A stretch of DNA of 63,381 nucleotides, filler included, from Eubacteriales bacterium (GTDB lineage Bacteria; Bacillota; Clostridia; Oscillospirales; CAG-382): the NCBI GenBank assembly GCA_045636665.1. It is 4 parts of 4 records of this genome, joined end to end, with 100 filler letters (N's around TTAATTAATTAA, not from the genome) between each part and the next. Parts side by side here need not be neighbours in the genome. Positions count along the whole stretch, not along the records: positions 16,307 to 43,244 come from JAZTXY010000013.1; positions 43,345 to 61,707 come from JAZTXY010000016.1; 2 more parts are not named here. One strand, 5' to 3'. Positions 36,093-44,770 of this stretch are shown here, one piece after another. The first letter of the stretch is position 1, and the number at the start of each line of letters is the position of its first letter. The notes under the pieces are model-generated. The model made no database searches, was not told where the DNA came from, and saw only the letters and a list, made by a program, of their open reading frames with translations. Position numbers and translations under genes: made by a program.

Positions 36093-38435
36093 TCAGTTTC
36101 CGAGGTACTTTTTAATGTTGGAAACGTTAACGATCTTTTCGTTGCCGACTACAAGCGTGGGTGCCTGCTTAAGACCAAGCTGCTTTGCAAGCTCGGGTTC
36201 GTCCTCAACGTATACCTTGCGGTAGCTTACGTTTGCCTTGTCGAGAAGCGATGCGGCAATACGGCAGTTGGGGCAGGTCTTGGTTGCGAAAAGAATAGTT
36301 TCGTCGATGCTTGCACAGCAATCGCAAGCTTCTTCCTTCTTTGCGGAATCAACCTTTACGTCGGTCTTGTTAAGAACGTCGTAAACTACGCGATCCTTGT
36401 ATTCCTGACTCTTACCGTCGTTCCAGTTTTGAACGGGGCGGTAGTAACCGGTGATACGGCTGTAAACCTCTGCGGTTGCGCCGCATTCGGGGCAGGTGTA
36501 GTGCTCGCCTGCGATATAGCCGTGGTTCTTACATACCGAATAGGTGGGAGAAAGGGTGTAATAGGGAAGCTTGTGGTTTTCCGCAATCTTGCGTACAAGA
36601 GTAGCGGCAGATTTCCAATCGGGAAGCTTTTCACCGAGGAACGCGTGGAATACGGTGCCCGAGGTGTAAAGGGTTTGAAGCTCATCCTGAACCGCAAGTG
36701 CTTCGAAGATATCGTCGGTATAGCCAACGGGAAGGTTCGAGGAGTTGGTGTAATAGGGAGTGCCGTTTTCGTTTGCGGTGACGATGCCGGGGTAACGGCT
36801 GACGTCGTGCTTAGCAAGACGGTATGCGGTAGATTCCGCAGGGGTAGCTTCGAGGTTATAAAGGTCGCCGTATTTTTCCTGATAGTCGGAAAGGCGTTCG
36901 CGCATATGGTTAAGAACACGCTTCGAAAATTCTTGGGTTTCTTCGCTGGTCATATCCTTGCGAATCCACTTTGCGTTAAGACCTGCTTCGTTCATACCGA
37001 CAAGACCGAGAGTGGAGAAGTGGTTGTCGAAGGTGCCGAGATAACGCTTGGTGTAGGGGTAAAGACCTTCTTCCAAAAGCTTGGTGATAATGGTTCTCTT
37101 AACCTTAAGCGATCTTGCTGCAACGTCCATAAGGTGATCAAGACGCTTCATGAAGTCTTCTTCGTTTTCGGAAAGATATGCAAGACGGGGCATATTAAGA
37201 GTAACAACGCCGACAGAACCGGTGCTTTCGCCGCTACCGAAGAAGCCACCCGACTTCTTACGAAGCTCACGGAGGTCAAGACGGAGTCTGCAGCACATCG
37301 AACGAACGTCGCTGGGTTCCATATCGCTGTTGATGTAGTTCGAGAAGTAGGGAGTACCGTATTTGCTGGTCATTTCGAAAAGAAGCTTGTTGTTTTCGGT
37401 TTCCGACCAGTCGAAATCTGCGGTGATGGAGTAGGTGGGGATAGGATATTGGAAGCCGCGGCCGTTTGCATCGCCTTCGATCATGATTTCAAGGAATGCC
37501 TTGTTGATCATATCCATTTCGGCTTTACAATCCTTATACTTGAAGTCCATTTCCTTACCGCCAACGATACAGTTGAGCTCGGCAAGGTCGTTAGGTACTG
37601 TCCAGTCAAGGGTGATGTTCGAGAAGGGTGCTTGGGTACCCCAACGAGAGGGAGTATTTACACCGTAAATGAAGGATTCGATGCACTTCTTAACCTGATC
37701 GTAGGTGAGGTTATCAACCTTTACGAAGGGAGCAAGATAGGTATCGAAGGACGAGAACGCCTGCGCGCCTGCCCATTCGTTTTGCATAATGCCCAAGAAG
37801 TTAACCATTTGGTTACAAAGGGCTGCAAGGGGGCTTGCGGGGGAAGAGGTAATCTGGCCGGGGACACCGCCCAAGCCCTCTTGAATAAGCTGCTTAAGCG
37901 ACCAACCTGCGCAGTAGCCGGTGAGCATCGAAAGGTCGTGAATGTGAATATCGCAGTTGTTGTGAGCGTTTGCGATTTCATCATCATAAATTTCGGAAAG
38001 CCAGTAATGTGCGGTGATAGCGCCGGAGTTGGAAAGAATAAGTCCGCCTACCGAATAGGTAACGGTGGAGTTTTCCTTAACGCGCCAGTCAACGTTTTTA
38101 ACGTATTTATCAACCAATGCCTTATAGTCAAGCATGGTGGATTTCATATTACGAAGCTTTTCGCGTTGGCGGCGGTAAAGGATATAGGCCTTTGCTACGT
38201 CAGCATAGCCTGCTTGTGCAAGCACGCTTTCCGCGCTGTCCTGAATGTCTTCAACGGCGATAAATCCGTCCTTGATTTTGGTTTCGAAATCCGAGGTAAC
38301 TTTGAGTGCGAGGAAATCGATAACACTGGGATGTGTGGGTCTTTCGCATGCTTCAAATGCTTTTTCGAGAGCAGCGGCGATCTTTTTGATGTCAAATTCG
38401 GCTGTTTTGCCGTTGCGTTTTACAACCTGATACAT
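36093..38435 (-). CDS. nrdD: Anaerobic (class III) ribonucleoside-triphosphate reductase with ATP-cone and C-terminal glutaredoxin-like domain
   Basis: VVKRNG ATP-cone; RSMCCRL; TPAEST; CKNH...CPEC Zn site; RITGY glycyl-radical motif; TKTCPNC...APTL tail. Confidence 0.95.
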   Translation of the reverse strand: MYQVVKRNGKTAEFDIKKIAAALEKAFEACERPTHPSVIDFLALKVTSDFETKIKDGFIAVEDIQDSAESVLAQAGYADVAKAYILYRRQREKLRNMKSTMLDYKALVDKYVKNVDWRVKENSTVTYSVGGLILSNSGAITAHYWLSEIYDDEIANAHNNCDIHIHDLSMLTGYCAGWSLKQLIQEGLGGVPGQITSSPASPLAALCNQMVNFLGIMQNEWAGAQAFSSFDTYLAPFVKVDNLTYDQVKKCIESFIYGVNTPSRWGTQAPFSNITLDWTVPNDLAELNCIVGGKEMDFKYKDCKAEMDMINKAFLEIMIEGDANGRGFQYPIPTYSITADFDWSETENNKLLFEMTSKYGTPYFSNYINSDMEPSDVRSMCCRLRLDLRELRKKSGGFFGSGESTGSVGVVTLNMPRLAYLSENEEDFMKRLDHLMDVAARSLKVKRTIITKLLEEGLYPYTKRYLGTFDNHFSTLGLVGMNEAGLNAKWIRKDMTSEETQEFSKRVLNHMRERLSDYQEKYGDLYNLEATPAESTAYRLAKHDVSRYPGIVTANENGTPYYTNSSNLPVGYTDDIFEALAVQDELQTLYTSGTVFHAFLGEKLPDWKSAATLVRKIAENHKLPYYTLSPTYSVCKNHGYIAGEHYTCPECGATAEVYSRITGYYRPVQNWNDGKSQEYKDRVVYDVLNKTDVKVDSAKKEEACDCCASIDETILFATKTCPNCRIAASLLDKANVSYRKVYVEDEPELAKQLGLKQAPTLVVGNEKIVNVSNIKKYLGN

Positions 38436-38529
38436 GATCTGTTACCTTTCTATAGTTAAATATATTTTTATTTCTATATTAAACCTGCGCATTTGGGCAG
38501 GATTACTTGTGCGTTGGCTGGCAAAATAG

Positions 38530-38558
38530 AGCATAACATAATCTTGCGCTCTTGTCAA
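38530..38558 (-). promoter_or_regulatory. Sigma-A promoter of nrdD
   Basis: TTGACA-N17-TATGCT with extended TG. Confidence 0.7.
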
Positions 38559-38565
38559 TAGAAAA

Positions 38566-38609
38566 ACACAAGATATTGTGGTTTTGTTACTTTGCACAAT
38601 ATCTTGTGT
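38566..38609. promoter_or_regulatory. Two NrdR boxes
   Basis: ACACAAGATATTGTGG (38566-38581) and GCACAATATCTTGTGT (38594-38609) fit acaCwAtATaTwGtg. Confidence 0.85.
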
Positions 38610-38657
38610 TTGTTTTGGATATTTTTCCACGGGCTATAATAACACGTTAAAACGGTG

Positions 38658-39347
38658 CTAAATGCCCCTTGCTTCCGCAGAAGGAACGGTTTTTCTTACT
38701 GCCGCAAGCAGTTTTTCGGTTTCTTCCTTCGTGAAAGCTTCAAAACCGGTTTTTATCAAATCGCCCGAATCGATAAACTGTTGAATAAAATAACGCTTCG
38801 CGCCCGATATCCATTCGCCGATTTTTTCAAAGTCGGACACAATATGTAGTCCCTTGACCGCCGTCGTGCGGAATTCGTAATCGATGCCCGAATCCATAAT
38901 AAGCTTAACGCTTTCCTTTGCGGGCGCAATATCGATGCCGTCGATACCGACAGCTTTTGCGTATCCCTCGGGCGAGGATTTGATATCCATAGCGATATAG
39001 TCGACCAAGCCCCTGTCGATAACCTCTTTTAACCTTTTGGGGTAAAATCCGTTTGTGTCGAGCTTTATTTTATATCCGAAGCCTTTAAGAAATTCGATAA
39101 ATTCGATTGAATCCTTTTGCGCCAACGGCTCGCCGCCCGTAAGACAAACTCCGTCGAGAATGCCCTTGCGCTTTTGCAAAAATGCGCCAAGCTCCTCTTG
39201 GCTTATTATATTTTCGGGCTTACGGACAACAAGCCCTGCATTGTGGCAAAACGGACAGCGCAGATTGCAGCCGTGTGCGAAAACCGTGCAGGCAACAAGT
39301 CCGGGGTAGTCGAGCAAGGTGGTTTTTTGAAGTCCTTCAATTATCAT
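38658..39347 (-). CDS. nrdG: Anaerobic RNR activating enzyme (radical SAM)
   Basis: GLQKTTLLDYPG, GCNLRCPFCHN, TGGEP, LDTNG, EFRTT; likely start MIIEG at 39347. Confidence 0.92.
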   Translation of the reverse strand: MIIEGLQKTTLLDYPGLVACTVFAHGCNLRCPFCHNAGLVVRKPENIISQEELGAFLQKRKGILDGVCLTGGEPLAQKDSIEFIEFLKGFGYKIKLDTNGFYPKRLKEVIDRGLVDYIAMDIKSSPEGYAKAVGIDGIDIAPAKESVKLIMDSGIDYEFRTTAVKGLHIVSDFEKIGEWISGAKRYFIQQFIDSGDLIKTGFEAFTKEETEKLLAAVRKTVPSAEARGI

Positions 39348-39476
39348 ATATAACCTCTGAAATTCGTTATGCGTCATATATATTATATAACGAAAGGGAG
39401 AAAAATTCAACAGCATCTTGAAAAGCCGATAAAAATATTGTATTCTTTTATCAAGAAAACAAAGCGGAGAGAAAGT

Positions 39477-39977
39477 ATGGATTACAGAATAAAGCAGAAA
39501 ATAAAGCGCGGTATAGGGATGTCGCTTGTAATAGCGGTAATCGGCTTTGTTGTCGCGGGCATTGTGATGTTTTCCACCGTTATATACCGTCGTACCGTCT
39601 GGAACGATTTTTTGATGGATTTCGCAGGAACTGTTTATGAATCGCAGGAGATTCGTGTCGAAAGAGAGGATGGCAACGTAAGGTTAAGCAGCCACAACAA
39701 ACGCAACCTTTACAATATGCTCACCAACGGCAGCTTTGGCTTCGATTTGTTCCGTCCGAGCGATATAACCGAACGTATCCTCGTTTATTTTGATAACGGA
39801 AGCGAATTGGAAATTTGCGAAACCGAGGAAGGCTTCGTTTGGGTCGAGCTATATTGCGCCAACGGAGAAGATTACCAATTCCTGCTCGGCAAGGACGTTA
39901 AGTTTTCTCATATCAACAACATAACCTCTGTCAAGGGCAGCGCGGTAGCCAACGAGCCTTGGATAGATAAAGAATAA
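39477..39977 (+). CDS. Hypothetical membrane-anchored protein
   Basis: ATG after GGAGA; one N-terminal TM helix; followed by a terminator. Confidence 0.7.
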   Translation: MDYRIKQKIKRGIGMSLVIAVIGFVVAGIVMFSTVIYRRTVWNDFLMDFAGTVYESQEIRVEREDGNVRLSSHNKRNLYNMLTNGSFGFDLFRPSDITERILVYFDNGSELEICETEEGFVWVELYCANGEDYQFLLGKDVKFSHINNITSVKGSAVANEPWIDKE

Positions 39978-39984
39978 AGCGAAA

Positions 39985-40014
39985 GGGCAGGTGTGAATGA
40001 ACCTGCCCGTTTTT
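39985..40014 (+). terminator. Rho-independent terminator
   Basis: GGGCAGGT...ACCTGCCC followed by a T-run. Confidence 0.7.
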
Positions 40015-40017
40015 GTT

Positions 40018-41211
40018 TTATTTAAAGAAAAGACACTTAAACAGCTCGCGCAAAATCGAGATATAGGAAACCTCGTCGACCGAATTTGCGGTATATATCG
40101 GTGCGCGCCCAATTTCGGCTCCGTTGCGGTAATATGCGACGTACCCTACCTCTGTACCCTCGGAAACGGGCGCTTGCAAATTCTCGCTAACGAAGTGCTT
40201 GGCTTCGGTTTGGCTGTTTCCGCCCTTTTCGATAAGTATATTGATCGGCTCGGTCTTGATATTAACGCTCTTTTCCACACCGCGCGTTACGGTTATCGGC
40301 TCAAGAGTCGGAGCCTCGGGCGTAAGAAGCGAATAATTGGCAAATCCGTAATCGAGCAAGCCTTTTGCGGCGGCAAAGCGCTTGTCGCTCGTTTCTGCGC
40401 CCAAAACGACGGCGATAAGATGCATTCCGTCGCGCTTTGCAGTACCCGAAAGGCAATATTTCGCCTCTCCCGTGAATCCCGTTTTCATACCCGTTGCGCC
40501 CTTGTAAAATCGGATAAGCTTGTTTGTGTTGGCAAGACCGAACTTGCCGTCGCGTATCGTGTCCATCCAAATTCCCGTGTATTTGAAAACAAGCTCGTGC
40601 TTCATCAGCTCACGCGTGATGAGGGCGATGTCATAGGCGCAAGAGTAATGGTTTTCAACGGGCAATCCGTTTGTGTTGACGAAATTGCTGTTTTCGCATC
40701 CAAGCTCCTTCGCACGTTCGTTCATTGCGGCGATAAATGCCGCCTCGCTTCCGCAGATATGCTCGCCCAATGCAACCGTCGCGTCATTCGCCGAAACGAC
40801 GATGACCGATTTAAGCAAATCCTCGACGCTCATCGTTTCGCCCGGCTCCAAAAACACCTGCGAGCCGCCCATACCTGCCGCATATTCCGAAACGGTAACG
40901 CTGTCAGAAAGGTTGATTTTTCCCTCGTCTATCGCTTCGACAACAAGCAAGGTGCTTATGACCTTTGTTACCGATGCGATGGGCAGATGCTCGTATTCGT
41001 TTTCGGCGAAAAGCACCTTGCCGGTCGAATATTCCATAAGCAAAAGCGCCTTTGCATCGCCGTTGCTTACGTATTCCGCGCTTGCGGGGGCAAACCAATA
41101 ATCGCCAAAATCAACGTCGTAAGGGTAAACTTTTGCGGTTTCGGTCGCGCTTGCGTTTTGCGAGGATAAAATTAAAAGAACAATAATAATCGCCAAAAAC
41201 AGTTTTTTCAT
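40018..41211 (-). CDS. dacF: D-alanyl-D-alanine carboxypeptidase (peptidase S11, DacF-like)
   Basis: ASVTK, SAND and KTG motifs; GGSQVFLEPGE; LANTNKLIRFY. Confidence 0.85.
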   Translation of the reverse strand: MKKLFLAIIIVLLILSSQNASATETAKVYPYDVDFGDYWFAPASAEYVSNGDAKALLLMEYSTGKVLFAENEYEHLPIASVTKVISTLLVVEAIDEGKINLSDSVTVSEYAAGMGGSQVFLEPGETMSVEDLLKSVIVVSANDATVALGEHICGSEAAFIAAMNERAKELGCENSNFVNTNGLPVENHYSCAYDIALITRELMKHELVFKYTGIWMDTIRDGKFGLANTNKLIRFYKGATGMKTGFTGEAKYCLSGTAKRDGMHLIAVVLGAETSDKRFAAAKGLLDYGFANYSLLTPEAPTLEPITVTRGVEKSVNIKTEPINILIEKGGNSQTEAKHFVSENLQAPVSEGTEVGYVAYYRNGAEIGRAPIYTANSVDEVSYISILRELFKCLFFK

Positions 41212-41332
41212 AAAAGGAATCTCTCTTTCATAACGCTCTTTCGGTTAATTATATTCGCCGAAAAGGTAACATATTACCAACAAAAGCGAGTAGAAAAACG
41301 AAAATTTTATCGAAAAAAGTTTAAAAATTCTA

Positions 41333-41361
41333 TTGTAATTCAGGCGATGAACTGCTATAAT
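41333..41361 (+). promoter_or_regulatory. Sigma-A promoter of guaA
   Basis: TTGTAA-N17-TATAAT with extended TG. Confidence 0.7.
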
Positions 41362-41408
41362 ATTTCATCAATATTTTTAAGTTAGCAAATAATTGGAGGA
41401 TAAAAGCA

Positions 41409-42410
41409 ATGCAAAACAACCTTCGCCCCGAATCTATGGCTCGTATCACCGATTTTGAACTTGCCAACGCATTTATCGACGAGCAAATCGCCGAAATACG
41501 CGCGCAGGTTGGAGATAAAAAGGTGCTTTTGGCGCTTTCAGGTGGTGTTGACTCGTCGGTCGTTGCCGCGCTTTTGGTAAAAGCTATCGGCAAACAGCTC
41601 GTTTGCGTTCACGTTAACCACGGCCTTATGCGTAAGGATGAATCCGAAAACGTTATTAAGGTATTCAAGGATGAGCTCGATGCAAACCTTATGTACGTCG
41701 ATGCAACCGACCGCTTCCTTGATCTTTTGAACGGCGTTTCCGACCCCGAAAGCAAGAGAAAGATCATCGGCGCCGAATTTATCAACGTCTTTGCCGATGA
41801 AGCAAGAAAGCTCGAAGGCATTTCCTATCTCGCACAGGGAACCATTTATCCCGATATCCTCGAAAGCATTAAGCAAGCAGAAGGCAAAAAGGCAGTTAAA
41901 TCGCACCACAACGTTGGCGGCTTGCCCGAAGACCTTAATTTTGAGCTTGTTGAACCGATAAAATTGCTCTTTAAGGACGAGGTTCGCGTTGTCGGCGAAG
42001 CGCTCGGCCTCCCTCACGCAATGGTTTACCGTCAACCGTTCCCCGGTCCCGGACTCGGTGTTCGTTGCCTTGGCGCTATCACTCGCGACAGATTGAACGC
42101 ATTGCGCGAAGCTGATGCTATCTTGCGTGAAGAATTCGATATTAACGGCCTTGCGGAAAAGGTTTGGCAGTATTTCGTCGTTATTCCCGACATCAAATCG
42201 GTCGGCGTTAAGGACGACAGCCGTTACGAGGGTTGGCCCGCAATCATCCGCGCCGTCAATACCGTCGATGCAATGACCGCCTCGATCGAGGAAATACCTT
42301 ATGCAGTGCTCCACAAGATCACCGCGCGTATCACCAACGAGGTAGAAGGTATCAACCGCGTTCTCTACGACCTCACACCTAAGCCCTCGGGCACTATTGA
42401 GTGGGAATAA
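41409..42410 (+). CDS. guaA: GMP synthase, ATP-pyrophosphatase and C-terminal domains only (no GATase domain)
   Basis: LSGGVDSSV, QGTIYPD, KSHHNVGGLP, PFPGPGL, KPSGTIEWE; 333 aa with its own RBS and promoter. Confidence 0.92.
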   Translation: MQNNLRPESMARITDFELANAFIDEQIAEIRAQVGDKKVLLALSGGVDSSVVAALLVKAIGKQLVCVHVNHGLMRKDESENVIKVFKDELDANLMYVDATDRFLDLLNGVSDPESKRKIIGAEFINVFADEARKLEGISYLAQGTIYPDILESIKQAEGKKAVKSHHNVGGLPEDLNFELVEPIKLLFKDEVRVVGEALGLPHAMVYRQPFPGPGLGVRCLGAITRDRLNALREADAILREEFDINGLAEKVWQYFVVIPDIKSVGVKDDSRYEGWPAIIRAVNTVDAMTASIEEIPYAVLHKITARITNEVEGINRVLYDLTPKPSGTIEWE

Positions 42411-42490
42411 TTTGCAAGTGCTAAAAACCCTTGATTTTACAAGGCTTTTCGGGGTCTGTAATGCTCCCTGACAGCACATTGACAGCAATC
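42411..42490. mobile_element. Probable attachment-site arm of an element integrated at the guaA 3' end
   Basis: IR AAAACCCTTG...CAAGGCTTTT and tandem TGACAGCA at 42469 and 42480; orphan genes follow; no integrase within the window. Confidence 0.55.
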
Positions 42491-42496
42491 ACTTTT

Positions 42497-42530
42497 AAAG
42501 AGAACTCCGCAGAGATGCGGAGTTCTTTTT
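42497..42530. terminator. Terminator downstream of guaA
   Basis: AGAACTCCGCA-GAGA-TGCGGAGTTCT followed by a T-run. Confidence 0.8.
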
Positions 42531-42566
42531 CGTTCGCAGCAACTTGCAATTCAATAATGCGTTTTG

Positions 42567-42773
42567 CTATAGTTGTTTGTAATTTGCTGTTGCTGTTCTT
42601 TTGCGCTTCTTGTTATTGAGGGTATGAATATCAAGCCTAACTGTTTTCCCAGTGTGTGGGTCGTACTGGTGGAATACACAAGAAGGCACGTGCTGATGCC
42701 AAACATAGGTTACACGCCTGCTCTGCTTCCCTTGTGAATAGGAAACATGAACGTCATTTAGTTTATTCATCAT
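42567..42773 (-). CDS. Small basic hypothetical protein (putative island cargo)
   Basis: 68-aa ORF with GAAAGGA RBS. Confidence 0.5.
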   Translation of the reverse strand: MMNKLNDVHVSYSQGKQSRRVTYVWHQHVPSCVFHQYDPHTGKTVRLDIHTLNNKKRKRTATANYKQL

Positions 42774-42818
42774 ATATTTTAATTCCTTTCGTATTCCGGC
42801 TGTGCCGGTTATTTTATT

Positions 42819-42845
42819 GATCCCGCCCGCTGATCGGGCGGGATC
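42819..42845. other. GC-rich hairpin between the cargo ORFs
   Basis: GATCCCGCCCG-CTGAT-CGGGCGGGATC. Confidence 0.6.
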
Positions 42846-42854
42846 TGGCGTTCG

Positions 42855-43244
42855 TTATTGGTTTTCCAATTCTGCTATTGTGAGCAAAACATTAAAGGTT
42901 AAGTCAATATCGTGTCTAAAATCTGTATTTTGAATATCAAATTCAATTTCAGTAACACCTTCAGGTGTTATGCAATATCCGAGGGCTTCATATACGCCTG
43001 CATTTACACTTAAAAGCACAATTGTCAAAAATGAGGTTATCTCAATTTCTGTTAATTCCGCTTCACGTAGTACCGTCTGAATGGTCTCGGTGGGGGCTTG
43101 TGTAAAATAGGACTCACAATCTGCAGCATAGGTATGCGGCAGATAGGTTCCTCTTTTAGTCATCTCCTCATCATCAACATATCCTTCCAAATCATAGAAC
43201 GTATCGTTGATATCTATCCTTTCATGGTAACAACCAGAACCACT
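42855..43244 (-). CDS. Acidic hypothetical protein, 5'-truncated by the contig end
   Basis: Frame open from the linker (SGSGCYHERIDINDTFYDLEG...) to TAA at 42855. Confidence 0.55.
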   Translation of the reverse strand, partial: SGSGCYHERIDINDTFYDLEGYVDDEEMTKRGTYLPHTYAADCESYFTQAPTETIQTVLREAELTEIEITSFLTIVLLSVNAGVYEALGYCITPEGVTEIEFDIQNTDFRHDIDLTFNVLLTIAELENQ

Positions 43245-43344
43245 NNNNNNNNNNNNNNNNNNNNNNNNNNNNNNNNNNNNNNNNNNNNTTAATTAATTAA
43301 NNNNNNNNNNNNNNNNNNNNNNNNNNNNNNNNNNNNNNNNNNNN
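43245..43344. other. Artificial contig linker
   Basis: N44-TTAATTAATTAA-N44. Confidence 0.97.
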
Positions 43345-43387
43345 GTATTAATAAAACAAAGCCCCGGCGGCTTTTGCGCTCTCGCTT

Positions 43388-43464
43388 TGGTCTGAGTGAC
43401 AAGACTTGAACTTGCGGCCTCTACCACCCCAAGGTAGCGCGCTACCAAACTGCGCCACACCCAG
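43388..43464 (-). tRNA. tRNA-Pro (GGG)
   Basis: 77-nt cloverleaf CTGGGTG...CACTCAGACCA; anticodon arm CTACC-TTGGGGT-GGTAG; GTTCAAG T-loop; encoded CCA. Confidence 0.96.
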
Positions 43465-43490
43465 ATATGTCGTGTCCGACAACAAGCGAA

Positions 43491-43519
43491 ATTATAGCAC
43501 AAACCATTTGCATTGTCAA
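43491..43519 (-). promoter_or_regulatory. Sigma-A promoter of tRNA-Pro
   Basis: TTGACA-N17-TATAAT with extended TG. Confidence 0.85.
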
Positions 43520-43617
43520 GCCCTTTTTGAATAAAAAAAGAATATTTTTCTTATTTTTTTATCTTAGTTGACATTGTTTTTAAGAATAAAACAAAATATG
43601 AAAAAGCATAGACAATC

Positions 43618-43646
43618 TTGACAAAAGTTGATGACAGTGTTAGTAT
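43618..43646 (+). promoter_or_regulatory. Sigma-A-like promoter of the structured RNA
   Basis: TTGACA-N17-TAGTAT with extended TG. Confidence 0.6.
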
Positions 43647-43650
43647 AGTC

Positions 43651-43788
43651 GTTGAGAAAGATACAAAAGTGATTTAATGACATTAATAAAAAGCTTTGGC
43701 GTGCAAATGTGGCAAAACCAAACCAACTTGCACCTGAAATCACATGGATAGCATCACCCGAAGCGGTAGATCACGAAGCTTTCTCGGC
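43651..43788 (+). ncRNA. Candidate 6S (SsrS)-like RNA, 138 nt
   Basis: Hand-folded rod: GTTGAGAAAG/CTTTCTCGGC, GTGATT/GATCAC, central asymmetric bubble, GGCGTGC/GCATCACC, ATGTG/CACAT; starts just after a promoter. Confidence 0.55.
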
Positions 43789-43828
43789 ATACGATTATAA
43801 ATATTATTTTAAAAATTCGGAGCGTTAT

Positions 43829-44719
43829 ATGAATCTGTTCAGCACTAATAATCAAAGAAACGATTTAAAGATTCGAATTAATCGCGGTAGATACAACCTC
43901 CTTTTTGTTGTTCTGATGTCGGTTATTAACATCTTCTTGATTTCTTCAAGCAGCCAAATGCTACTTCCCTATTCGTCATCAATTTCTAATTATTCGGTTG
44001 CACTTGGCATTTCGGAATCTTTAAAAAGCGGTAACGATAGCTTAAGAATACTCGGCTTGGTTGTTGCATGCGGAGTACTAATGGTTATTATGGTTTGTTA
44101 TATTCTTTCAAAAAGCAAACCGTTTTATCTCGTCATTTCACTTTCGATATTCGTTGCCGACACCATTGTTTTGGCAACTCTTGAAGGTGCTAGCGGCTCA
44201 CTCGCTTCCCCTTACGTTATACTTGATTTAGTAATTCACCTTCTTGCTATTTTCTATATTTTTTCAGGCATTAAGGCGGCAAAAGAGCTTCGCGCCTTGC
44301 CCGATGAAGATGATAACAATCAGTCTGAAATCGCAACCTCGACCGCACAACCCTTTGATGAAGCAGACGATTATGAAGAAGATATCGTAACAGATGATGT
44401 TATTGACGAAGAAGAAGAAGAAGAAGAAGAAGATCTGACGCAGCCCATCGGAAAATACGTTGACGATGGTACTGAACCGCTTGTGCAAGGCGTTTACGAC
44501 AACCTTAATGTTTTTGCAATCATACGCGACGATAAAGCAGAGCTTGTCATTAACGGTTTTGTTTGCGACGAGTTAGACGTATCTTATGAAAGCGAATTTC
44601 AGCTTCGCGCATTCGTTAACGATATCGACTTCACCTTTGATTATAAAGAAACAGAACGCGGAAAGGTTATGTATCTTTACGCAGATGATGAATTGATCGA
44701 TAGCTTGGGATTAAGCTAA
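43829..44719 (+). CDS. Hypothetical membrane protein (about 4 TM helices, acidic linker, C-terminal beta domain)
   Basis: ATG at 43829 after GGAG; hydrophobic helices; (GAA)8 poly-Glu at 44408-44431. Confidence 0.75.
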   Translation: MNLFSTNNQRNDLKIRINRGRYNLLFVVLMSVINIFLISSSSQMLLPYSSSISNYSVALGISESLKSGNDSLRILGLVVACGVLMVIMVCYILSKSKPFYLVISLSIFVADTIVLATLEGASGSLASPYVILDLVIHLLAIFYIFSGIKAAKELRALPDEDDNNQSEIATSTAQPFDEADDYEEDIVTDDVIDEEEEEEEEDLTQPIGKYVDDGTEPLVQGVYDNLNVFAIIRDDKAELVINGFVCDELDVSYESEFQLRAFVNDIDFTFDYKETERGKVMYLYADDELIDSLGLS

Positions 44720-44722
44720 ATT

Positions 44723-44755
44723 AAAATGCCTTCGGTAATTCCGAAGGCATTTTTT
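44723..44755. terminator. Bidirectional terminator
   Basis: AAAATGCCTTCGG-TAATT-CCGAAGGCATTTT. Confidence 0.85.
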
Positions 44756-44770
44756 ATTATATACGTTAGA

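Noticed and set aside
43345..43464. tRNA-Pro as the other end of the guaA island
   Set aside because: Separated by an artificial linker, and no duplicated tRNA 3' end is visible.
43709..43828. N-terminal extension of the 43709..44719 ORF
   Set aside because: No RBS at the GTG; ATG 43829 has a GGAG RBS, and the extension overlaps the structured RNA candidate.
44408..44431. (GAA)8 as a phase-variation tract
   Set aside because: In-frame triplet encoding poly-Glu in an acidic linker; slippage would not switch expression.
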